Shown here piece by piece: positions 17,474 through 25,325 of a stretch of 26,242 bases of DNA (the stretch's first letter is position 1; the number at the start of each line of letters is the position of its first letter). This DNA is from a virus, in the IMG/VR virus record IMGVR_UViG_3300002054_000060. One strand, written 5' to 3'. The notes under the pieces were generated by a model. It was not told the origin of the DNA, ran no database searches, and was given only the letters and a program-made list of their open reading frames with translations. The position numbers were made by a program, and so were the translations under genes.

Positions 17474-19485
17474 TCATTGACCGGCTCGACATAGAACACT
17501 TCATGGCGATAGGGCACGCATCGCTCTCGCTCAACGATAAAGGCTTGGTGCTCCTCCAGGGCGAGAACACAGATGACCCATCAGCGCTCTCCAACGGCGC
17601 AGGCAAAAGCTCTATCGCCGATGCTTTCATGTGGTGCCTGACCGGAGAGACGGCGCGCAAGCTCTCCTCAGATGGCGTTATCAACAGAGAGGCCAAGTAC
17701 TGCTACGTCGGCATGACGCTGCGCGATGGCGCTCACTTGTGGCAGATCGACCGGTATCGCAAGCATCCTAAGCACAAAAGCGTGCTACGGCTGACACACA
17801 CCGGCGCAGAGGGCACATCTGCTGACTTGACGCTCGGCACCAACAAGCTCACGCAGGACAAAATTTACTCGGTGCTTGGCGCGGAGCGCGATGTATTGCT
17901 GGCATCAGTGTACGCAGCACAGGACGGCATGGTGGATCTGCCGGCAATGGCTGACAAGTCACTCAAGCAGATCGTAGAGCACGCCGCTGGCATGGAGCGT
18001 TTGGCAACCGCAGATGAACTTGCCAAGGGGGAACTGAGTGATGCCAAGCGGGCACTCGAGTCGGCGCAGCAAGCGTGCGAATCCTCACGAGGCACACTCG
18101 TTATGGCACAGAGCAACATGGATACCACCCTGGCATCACAGGCTCAATGGATTGAAGAACGCCAAAATCGGCGCAAAAAATTGGAAGAGGAGCTCAAGCC
18201 CTTATACAAGCAGCGCGACGCACTCGATGCGGAGGCTGCTCGACTGGTTGGCGCGATCGGGGAAAAACCCACGGAAATGCTGGACGCCATGAATGAGGTG
18301 CACACCCTGCGTAAAGCCATCAGCGACCAAAGCCAGGCGTTGTTGAAGCACAACGAGGAAGCGCAGCGGGCTCGCCATCTTGCAGAGGAGGTGCAAAATT
18401 CTCTCAAAGACGTGGTGACATCGCAACAGTTGGCACGCAATGCCATTGAGGCAATAGAAGCAGAGGCTGCTGACACCTGCCCCCATTGCAAGAGTGCTTT
18501 TGACAATAGCGCTTCCAAAGCAGAGCGCATCGCGGCGCATCAACAAAAGCTGGAGGCTCTGCAGAAATCCCACGATGGATTTTCAGAGAAAGCTGTAGCG
18601 GCCCAGGAGAGCCACGCAGCGCTGTTGGCTACCATGCCAGTGGTGTCACACGACGACAGCGCTTTGCAAGCCGCAGAGGAGCGCCTAGCGGGCCTCACTG
18701 CAAAACGCGAGGCATACGACGCAAGAGTGGCCGTCCATACCAAGCACACCGAAATACAGAGCGCCATACTTGGCAAGATTCATAGCCTGCAAAGCACAGT
18801 CGCCGCCATCGTTGAGGATTTGGACGGACCTTCGCCTTTTGCGCTACAGATTGCGCAATCAGAGCAACAGATCAAAGACTTCAAGCAGGCTTTGTTTGAG
18901 AACGAGGCACATGTTGCGGAACTGACCGATGCGCTGCACGTTGCCACCGATGTGGCTGCTTGCCTAGCAGCCAAGGGGATCCGTGCCCGGGTGTTGGATA
19001 CCGTGACGCCATACCTGAACGAACGCACCAGTGACTATCTAGCGACGCTATCTGATGACAGTTTGCACGCGCAGTGGCACACGCTCGACGTTAAAGCGGA
19101 CGGGGAGCTGCGCGAGAACTTCCACATCGAGATTGGTGGCGACTCAGCCTCTGAGTCCTACGCAGGACTCTCCGGTGGCGAGAAGCGCAAGGTGAAGCTC
19201 GCGTGTTGTCTGGCCCTGCAGGATTTGATTGCGGAGCGTGCGAGCCAACATATCAGTCTGTTCATTGCAGACGAGATTGACGACGCGCTAGACACTGCGG
19301 GACTGGAGCGACTCATGCAACTGCTGGAGCTACGAGCCCGTGAGCGTGGCACGCTGCTGATTATCTCTCATAATGACCTGCAGGATTGGGTACGGCAGAC
19401 AACGACTGTCACCAAGCACGGTGGCGTCTCAACCATTAGTGGCACACTGGCAATTGAGCCAACAACAGAGAGTAAGGCAGCATGA
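17470..19485 (+). CDS. sbcC: SbcC/Rad50-like SMC ATPase
   Basis: Walker A NGAGKSS, coiled coils with zinc hook CPHC, signature LSGGEK, Walker B IADEIDDALD, H-loop ISH. Confidence 0.93.
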   Translation: MIIDRLDIEHFMAIGHASLSLNDKGLVLLQGENTDDPSALSNGAGKSSIADAFMWCLTGETARKLSSDGVINREAKYCYVGMTLRDGAHLWQIDRYRKHPKHKSVLRLTHTGAEGTSADLTLGTNKLTQDKIYSVLGAERDVLLASVYAAQDGMVDLPAMADKSLKQIVEHAAGMERLATADELAKGELSDAKRALESAQQACESSRGTLVMAQSNMDTTLASQAQWIEERQNRRKKLEEELKPLYKQRDALDAEAARLVGAIGEKPTEMLDAMNEVHTLRKAISDQSQALLKHNEEAQRARHLAEEVQNSLKDVVTSQQLARNAIEAIEAEAADTCPHCKSAFDNSASKAERIAAHQQKLEALQKSHDGFSEKAVAAQESHAALLATMPVVSHDDSALQAAEERLAGLTAKREAYDARVAVHTKHTEIQSAILGKIHSLQSTVAAIVEDLDGPSPFALQIAQSEQQIKDFKQALFENEAHVAELTDALHVATDVAACLAAKGIRARVLDTVTPYLNERTSDYLATLSDDSLHAQWHTLDVKADGELRENFHIEIGGDSASESYAGLSGGEKRKVKLACCLALQDLIAERASQHISLFIADEIDDALDTAGLERLMQLLELRARERGTLLIISHNDLQDWVRQTTTVTKHGGVSTISGTLAIEPTTESKAA

Positions 19486-19913
19486 AAAGAACCCCCGAGT
19501 GCGACACATTTGGCGGCACCGAAGATGTTGAAATGATTGACCAGGTGGCAGACCTGATCTTCGACGCCGGCAAGGAAGGCGATGCGGATTTCATCAATGG
19601 TTTGGCAGCCACGCTGTACGCCAATTCAGTAAGTAAGGGCTTCTGGGAGGAGGATCGCTCAGACGGCGAAAGTATCGTTCTTATGCACTCAGAATTATCT
19701 GAGGCGCTTGAGGCACTGCGCGACCAGAGGGGCGACAAGCGCATACCCTCCAAGAAAATTGAGGGGTTCTCTCTGCTGGAAGAAGAGATGGCTGATCTGA
19801 TGATTCGAGTGCTCGACTACGCCGGGAGAAACTCGCTTGATGTCGGCGGTGCACTGATCCATAAGGCTCGATACAACCGCAGCCGGCCCCACAAGCATGG
19901 CAAAGCGTTTTAG
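19482..19913 (+). CDS. MazG-like nucleotide pyrophosphohydrolase
   Basis: LMHSELSEALEALR...EEEMADLMIRVLD...KARYNRSRPHKHGK, the all-alpha NTP-PPase pattern. Confidence 0.8.
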   Translation: MKRTPECDTFGGTEDVEMIDQVADLIFDAGKEGDADFINGLAATLYANSVSKGFWEEDRSDGESIVLMHSELSEALEALRDQRGDKRIPSKKIEGFSLLEEEMADLMIRVLDYAGRNSLDVGGALIHKARYNRSRPHKHGKAF

Positions 19914-19975
19914 CGCTGCCCTCGCTTCAACACTTATAGTAACCACTCACATAGCCAACACGCAGGAGCACAACC

Positions 19976-20671
19976 ATGAGCGCCGACCCACCTTCGCACT
20001 CGATCAGCGACATGCTGGCAGACGCAGCAGTTGTCATAGGTGAGGGCAAACGCCGCAACGTCGAGGCCACTTATGAGCGCGGCTCAATCGAGTGGACGTA
20101 CCACAGGCTCAACGGAGGTGATCTAAACAGCGCCATCACCGATGAGTTCGATTACTTTCGCCACATGATCGCCCACGGCATCATTGATATTGACGAAAAA
20201 GGTTTGGGTGGGGCCATTTGGGGCCTCAATGTGCGCACTTTTGAAACACTGACGGCTTGCGATGTACATGCCAAATCACATCGCTTCAAGTTTGATTACT
20301 TCGGTTGTTGCGTGGATGCTGACGGCATTGATGTCAAAGAGAGCTGGCGCTACACGCCGGTTGATATCTGGCAGTCACAGCGCGCCGTTGAGTTTGGTGG
20401 GGAAGCTGATGGCGAAATTAAGCCCGTGACCACCGTGGCTTGCCTGATACATGGCACAGATGAGCCTGGGTTTTTCGTTTGCATACTTGAAGATCTGATT
20501 AGTTGGTGTAAACCACTGCAGGCGGCTTTGCTGGATTGCATTGACAGTGAGCTGTATGAGCTTTACACGGGCCACAAGGCGCGTGAGCTTGAGAAGGAGC
20601 AAGCCAAGCTGCTCGAAGCAGACGCCGCCACTGAGGAGCACTACGGCGACAGTTGGGGCGCGTATGCCTGA
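19976..20671 (+). CDS. Hypothetical protein, paralogue 1 (ends HYGDSWGAYA)
   Basis: AGGAG SD; 231 aa; shares motifs with the next two ORFs. Confidence 0.75.
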   Translation: MSADPPSHSISDMLADAAVVIGEGKRRNVEATYERGSIEWTYHRLNGGDLNSAITDEFDYFRHMIAHGIIDIDEKGLGGAIWGLNVRTFETLTACDVHAKSHRFKFDYFGCCVDADGIDVKESWRYTPVDIWQSQRAVEFGGEADGEIKPVTTVACLIHGTDEPGFFVCILEDLISWCKPLQAALLDCIDSELYELYTGHKARELEKEQAKLLEADAATEEHYGDSWGAYA

Positions 20672-21224
20672 CGCTTTCCCCAACCTGGAGCTCGCCAGGC
20701 GATTGTTCATAGATGAGGCGAAACACATGCAGGCGCTGTTCGATGACGGCGTGCTGGATCATATAAGCACAGTCAACACTGGCGAAGGGCGCCGGTGTAT
20801 TGGCCCTAGAACATTGAGAGACCCGAATAGCTCCCTACAACAGCTACTGGAGGACGATATAAATCACGAGGGCGCGATTGACTACGAAAATTTGTACTCG
20901 AGCCGCACGCCTCGCTTTCGAGTGACTAGGGTAATTGGCTTCCTCAATGTCGATGTTGTCGGTGTCGATGAAAGTGGAGAGGCATCAGGTTGGGAGGAGG
21001 TGCTGATCTGCATCAGAAGAGACGGCGAAGCCGTATACGGGCATTATCTTTTGACGCTGAAAGTCGCCTGTAACGGATTGGGTGGTTTCAACAAACTACT
21101 GGAGTTTGCCTCTAAGGAGATTGACGAGTGCGTGTTGCAAGCTGCCCGAAAAAAGAAGCAGGCGGTCAAAAAGGCCAAAGATGACGCTCTGCACTACGGC
21201 AGTCGCTGGGGTACGTATGCCTGA
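20664..21224 (+). CDS. Hypothetical protein, paralogue 2 (ends HYGSRWGTYA)
   Basis: ATG 20664 overlaps the upstream stop by 8 bp; starts MPD. Confidence 0.72.
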   Translation: MPDAFPNLELARRLFIDEAKHMQALFDDGVLDHISTVNTGEGRRCIGPRTLRDPNSSLQQLLEDDINHEGAIDYENLYSSRTPRFRVTRVIGFLNVDVVGVDESGEASGWEEVLICIRRDGEAVYGHYLLTLKVACNGLGGFNKLLEFASKEIDECVLQAARKKKQAVKKAKDDALHYGSRWGTYA

Positions 21225-21843
21225 CAAGAAATCAATACGAGGGCGATTTGAACGCCGGCTGGCAACCAATGGCCGCGGCGGCATCGAGGATGCGCTAGAG
21301 CAGGCCGTCACGGAGAACCTGGATTACTTTCGGTACGCCCTGAAAAACGCAGACGTGGAGTGGGGCGTTTTCCCCGAGTGTGTGAACCCAAATCTCAGGG
21401 CGCGTGCTGCGCAAACTGGCCCTTCATTGAGTGCGATGATTGAGGGCATTAGCGAGCCTCGGCACGCCACACTACTGCCCCGCCTGTGTTTGAAGCCGGT
21501 CGATGTCACGCTTTGCCACAACATCTCAAAGGACGACTACTGCACGGGTGACTTAGACGTGAGTGAAGCCTTCTCGGCGCCATCACTCATGGTGTTGTGC
21601 GAAATACAAGGGCTGCATATCCAGCATGACCACAAAGGTAGTAACGTTGAATTTGTTGCCATCCCGTTTCGCGAGGCCATGCGTGGCATTTCAGGCATTA
21701 CAGAAGTCTTTGATACCTTCACAGATGACGATATGCTGGATCGGGTACGACAACGCATAGCCCAGTCTCACAAGGACGTTGCCGAGGACGAGCAGCGCAA
21801 GGCTAAAGCTCACTATAAGGATAGATGGGGAAAATACGCTTGA
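21217..21843 (+). CDS. Hypothetical protein, paralogue 3 (ends HYKDRWGKYA)
   Basis: ATG 21217 overlaps the upstream stop by 8 bp; starts MPD; AVTENLDYFRY resembles AITDEFDYFRH of paralogue 1. Confidence 0.72.
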   Translation: MPDKKSIRGRFERRLATNGRGGIEDALEQAVTENLDYFRYALKNADVEWGVFPECVNPNLRARAAQTGPSLSAMIEGISEPRHATLLPRLCLKPVDVTLCHNISKDDYCTGDLDVSEAFSAPSLMVLCEIQGLHIQHDHKGSNVEFVAIPFREAMRGISGITEVFDTFTDDDMLDRVRQRIAQSHKDVAEDEQRKAKAHYKDRWGKYA

Positions 21844-22409
21844 AAACAGAAGCAACAGCGCAAGCCAATGAGGTTATGGTGCTGGGGTGTGACCCCGGCT
21901 TTGCCAAGTTTGGCATGGCTCTAACCGCGGTGAATCTCGACACCATGACGGTCAGGCCCATCCGAATTGATCTGGCTGTATCCAAGAAAAACAGTAGTAA
22001 ACAGGTGCTGGTATCAAGCGACGACGTGCGGCGCATCTCTGACGTGCGCAATCAGGTGGTTGCAATGGCAACTCAGGCAGACTTGATCATGAGCGAGGTG
22101 CCCAGTGGTGGTGCAAAGAGTCATGCAGCCGCCAAAGCAATGGCGTATGCAACGGCCATACTCGCCTCAGTGCAGTTACCCCTGATTCAAGTCACGCCAC
22201 TGCAGGTGAAATTCGCCGCTACGGGTGATAAGCACGCGAGCAAAGCCGAAATGATTGCGTGGGCCCGTGAAAAGCACGGTGCGCTCAACTGGACGAAAAC
22301 GCTGAAAGATGAGCACATGGCCGATGCGCTAGCGGCTGTCTACGCCGGTATTGAATCCGAGCAGTTTTTGACCTCCACGGTGATGATGCGATCCTTGAAA
22401 ACTGCTTAA
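21840..22409 (+). CDS. ruvC: RuvC-like Holliday junction resolvase
   Basis: VLGCDPG, MSEVP, VTPLQVKFAATGDKHASKAEM, EHMADALA. Start uncertain (ATG 21825, TTG 21840 or ATG 21876). Confidence 0.88.
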   Translation: MKTEATAQANEVMVLGCDPGFAKFGMALTAVNLDTMTVRPIRIDLAVSKKNSSKQVLVSSDDVRRISDVRNQVVAMATQADLIMSEVPSGGAKSHAAAKAMAYATAILASVQLPLIQVTPLQVKFAATGDKHASKAEMIAWAREKHGALNWTKTLKDEHMADALAAVYAGIESEQFLTSTVMMRSLKTA

Positions 22410-22412
22410 TAG

Positions 22413-22439
22413 TTAACAAAGTAAGTACACACCTATAAT
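22413..22439 (+). promoter_or_regulatory. Candidate sigma70 promoter overlapped by an operator-like site
   Basis: Perfect TATAAT at 22434-22439 directly after AGTAAGTACACACC (22420-22433); weak -35. Confidence 0.5.
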
Positions 22440-22606
22440 TCTTTGTTACTGTACTTTCTTCCAATTGCAACTATGCTTATTTACCTTGAGCGTAGTTGTA
22501 AGGGAACACGGCGACGCTACAAGCTTGCCCTTGAGTCGCCAATCTTCACTCACTGCCTGAAGTAGCGCCAATCACGGCGATACTGGGCAAAAGCGGCGTC
22601 AATTCC

Positions 22607-23095
22607 ATGAGTAACCCCGTTGTCCATCTGGACCTCATCAGCTTAAAGTCATTCTCTTATAGTCTGAGCTACAGTGGCGATCACCTCGATGTATTGTGCT
22701 CAGTGCCCGCACTCGTTGTGTTACTGCATCCCCACCTGAGCTTTAGAAATCCTGAATTAAGGCCAGACATGACACTACTCTGCCTGCCGCAAAGCGCAGA
22801 CGAGGCTCGTGTCATTCAGATTGGCATGAATGCCGTCAGATCAACCTCTGACAGCTACGATGAACTCACGCAAGGGCACGACGTATGTGACCAGCGCGCC
22901 GCCTTGTGCTTGTCGATGGGCACCTACGTAACGGCCACTGTTGATAAGTGCCAGCCAATGAATTGGTTGAAAGTCGTGCAGAGCGTTGCTGACATCGGCG
23001 CGCTGAAAAAAGAAGAGGTTGATTTGGTCATGGAGCGCTGTATGCAGGCCATTGATGCAGCTAGAGAGGAATCTCTGGTGCGTGAAATGGCGTAA
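22607..23095 (+). CDS. Hypothetical protein
   Basis: 162-aa ORF in operon orientation; no recognised motif. Confidence 0.6.
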   Translation: MSNPVVHLDLISLKSFSYSLSYSGDHLDVLCSVPALVVLLHPHLSFRNPELRPDMTLLCLPQSADEARVIQIGMNAVRSTSDSYDELTQGHDVCDQRAALCLSMGTYVTATVDKCQPMNWLKVVQSVADIGALKKEEVDLVMERCMQAIDAAREESLVREMA

Positions 23096-23127
23096 CCTTG
23101 GCGCCTCTTAAAGAGGAGATTTGATTG

Positions 23128-23529
23128 ATGCCCGCTATTGGAATTTACAGCCGCCGCAAAAACCTTACGTCGAGCAAAAGCTCATTGGTTGAACTGCACT
23201 ACGGTGGTGCGCGCAGCACTGCGATCATGCCAGGCCAAACACTTGAGTTGCCGAGCGATGTGCAAATCACCGAGCTGCCGGAGGGTGCGGAGCTTTATCT
23301 GGAAGCTGCACTGTCGGATAAATATGGCCTGATACTGGGTACTGATCCAGTCTCTGTGAGTGTGGGAGAGGCTGTCATGTTCACACTGACCAACACAGGC
23401 CATGCACGCCGCACCATCTCTCGAGGCTTGTGTTACGCCAAGCTCGGTTACAAAAGCTCAGGTGAGGAGGCGCCGGAGGACGAGCCAGAAAGCGCAGAGC
23501 TGCCCGCAGAGACCCCTGATACTGAATAG
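23128..23529 (+). CDS. dUTPase-fold-like protein lacking catalytic motifs
   Basis: GAGGAG SD. IMPGQTLELPSDVQITELPEG...KYGLIL...LTNTG...ISRG...AKL follows the trimeric dUTPase beta pattern but has no RSG or GxIDxDY motif. Confidence 0.5.
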   Translation: MPAIGIYSRRKNLTSSKSSLVELHYGGARSTAIMPGQTLELPSDVQITELPEGAELYLEAALSDKYGLILGTDPVSVSVGEAVMFTLTNTGHARRTISRGLCYAKLGYKSSGEEAPEDEPESAELPAETPDTE

Positions 23530-23602
23530 CCACAGCACCCGCGCTCTGGGGGTTATGTTATCTGCTGTATAAGTAAGCACATACACAACCCCGGAGTGCG
23601 AT

Positions 23603-23854
23603 ATGGAAGTCCCCTCGTTTGAAGATGAAATTGAGCGCAAGGCGGCGGACACGCTGGCGACTGTGATTAGCAGCTACGAACAGCAGCGCATCAGCACCGA
23701 AGTGGCGGCGGCTGCGATACGCACGCTCTACCTCACCGTGTCTGGCCTGGTAAGCACGGAGCTGATGTCGCTGATCGTCGCGGCTGACACGGAGCTGCGT
23801 GGTAGGTTGACAAAAGAAGGCGTTGTGGTTGACAAAAATGCGTTCCACGGTTGA
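23603..23854 (+). CDS. Hypothetical protein
   Basis: GGAG SD, 83-aa helical ORF. Confidence 0.6.
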   Translation: MEVPSFEDEIERKAADTLATVISSYEQQRISTEVAAAAIRTLYLTVSGLVSTELMSLIVAADTELRGRLTKEGVVVDKNAFHG

Positions 23855-23866
23855 CAAAGAATCCCC

Positions 23867-24451
23867 ATGAAAGCTCTGGTGCTAGACATTGAAACGACCG
23901 GCTTCATGAAGAAGTCGAACAAGGCTGACGTGGTGGAGTTCGCTTCGCAGTTGATTGACACAACCACCGGTGATCGTCTCGGAGCGATTGAAAAGAGATT
24001 TCGCCCCACCGCCCCCATTGAGCCTGACGCAGAGGCTGTGCATGGCATCAGCGCGGAGATGGTGTCAGGCTGCCAGCCCTTTGAGAAGTTCATCGCTCCC
24101 CTGGTGGAGCTAATCAACCTGCAGGTTGATGTGTTGGTCGCACACAACGCGAGCTTTGACGTGCCGTTCTTGAAGCAGGTCATTCAGCGCTTCAAGCCTG
24201 AATGCGATCTGGAGCTGGTGCCGACGTTCTGCACGATGGAAGAGGGGCGCTGGGCTACTTATGACGGCAAATCACCCACGCTGGGTGAGCTGTGCTACGC
24301 CTGCTCAGTGGATTATGACCGAGATGCTGCCCACGCGGCGCTCTATGATGTTGAAAAGACGGTGGAGTGCCTGAATTTTGGCAGACACGCTGGATTCTAC
24401 GATCTGTCGAGCCTCAAACCACACACCGTCAGCGTCAGCAAGGCGGCGTAG
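23867..24451 (+). CDS. dnaQ: DEDDh 3'-5' exonuclease (DNA Pol III epsilon-like)
   Basis: ExoI LDIETTG, VHGIS, ExoII VAHNASFDVPFL, ExoIII HAALYDV. Confidence 0.9.
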   Translation: MKALVLDIETTGFMKKSNKADVVEFASQLIDTTTGDRLGAIEKRFRPTAPIEPDAEAVHGISAEMVSGCQPFEKFIAPLVELINLQVDVLVAHNASFDVPFLKQVIQRFKPECDLELVPTFCTMEEGRWATYDGKSPTLGELCYACSVDYDRDAAHAALYDVEKTVECLNFGRHAGFYDLSSLKPHTVSVSKAA

Positions 24452-24495
24452 CGCCTCATCACCACGTTTTTTCACCAAAAGAGGGGGTAGTGTTT

Positions 24496-24615
24496 ATGGA
24501 TTTTCTGCTTGGATTGATCGCCGGGATGGCCGTTGGCGTGGTTTTCCGGTCACAAGTCATCAAGCTGTACGAGGTGACACTCAAAAAATGGATGTCAGGC
24601 ACGACTGGTAAGTGA
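24496..24615 (+). CDS. Small single-pass membrane protein (39 aa)
   Basis: GAGGGGG SD then MDFLLGLIAGMAVGVVFRSQVIKLYEVTLKKWMSGTTGK: hydrophobic N-terminal helix plus basic tail. Confidence 0.65.
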   Translation: MDFLLGLIAGMAVGVVFRSQVIKLYEVTLKKWMSGTTGK

Positions 24616-24653
24616 CTCACACACGCAGGCTTATAGTGTGCTAACCTATTGAT

Positions 24654-24749
24654 TCGTTGGGGGTAGTGCCTCAACGGCACGTTGTAGAGGTATTTCCTCG
24701 TAATGTGTGAGTGAAGAGCGTCAGGCTTCGGCCTGGCGCTTTTTTTTTT
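24654..24749 (+). ncRNA. Candidate small regulatory RNA
   Basis: Extended -10-like TGcTAACCT (24639-24647), hairpins at 24655-24676 and 24687-24699, a single-stranded segment, then a strong intrinsic terminator. No plausible ORF. Confidence 0.45.
24717..24749 (+). terminator. Rho-independent terminator
   Basis: AGCGTCAGGC-TTCG-GCCTGGCGCT followed by T9; C(UUCG)G tetraloop. Confidence 0.9.
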
Positions 24750-24789
24750 GGCTGTTGAAAACCCCTGAGATTGTGCGCCATGCTTTGCA

Positions 24790-24818
24790 TTGCGCAGCTC
24801 AGAGTAAGCGCTTACTAT
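24790..24818 (+). promoter_or_regulatory. Candidate sigma70 promoter overlapped by the perfect palindrome AGTAAGCGCTTACT (24803-24816)
   Basis: TTGCGC-17 bp-TACTAT, directly after the terminator. Confidence 0.6.
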
Positions 24819-24845
24819 AAGACACACAGGGGCAGACGGCACGCC

Positions 24846-25325
24846 ATGATGAAAGACACCGCAGCGACCAGGGGCAACTGGCTTTACACCGAGTTGCTGG
24901 AAATGCCGGCTGATGAGGCGCTAGCGCTACTGACGCGAGTTGTTAAAGAGCGCCAAGTAGGCACGGCTACGCTACGCAACTTGCTGCGTGGCGAAACCCC
25001 CGTTGTCAGCGTCAGTTGGGCATTGAAGCCCAACGGCATGGGCCCTGATGAATTTGACATCGTGGCTCACATCGGCGCCCAGCAAGTCTGTTTCATCCGA
25101 GAATGCAACTTGCCCCGCTATGGCAAGTACATGATGAAGCTGGACTGTCACGCTGGCCCCTTGTTTGGCAATGACAAGGAAAAACTAAAGCGATCGGCGG
25201 AGCGCAAACTCAAGCGTTACGTGGAGTCGCTACTGACTGCACCGCCCACACTCACACGCTCACGGACTCACCATGATCTATCGAGACAAAAACGAAAGGC
25301 AGATAACCCGAGAAAAGTGGCTTGA
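24846..25325 (+). CDS. Hypothetical protein
   Basis: ATG 24846 downstream of the predicted promoter; the track start 24771 would overlap it. Confidence 0.55.
   Translation: MMKDTAATRGNWLYTELLEMPADEALALLTRVVKERQVGTATLRNLLRGETPVVSVSWALKPNGMGPDEFDIVAHIGAQQVCFIRECNLPRYGKYMMKLDCHAGPLFGNDKEKLKRSAERKLKRYVESLLTAPPTLTRSRTHHDLSRQKRKADNPRKVA

Noticed and set aside
19976-21843. Diversity-generating retroelement or shufflon explanation for the paralogues
   Set aside because: No reverse transcriptase, no template/variable repeat pair, no inverted recombination sites; DNA similarity is limited to the short tails.
1339-24816. CRISPR array or iterons from the recurrent palindrome
   Set aside because: Copies are short, degenerate and dispersed at gene starts, with no regular spacing and no cas or rep gene.
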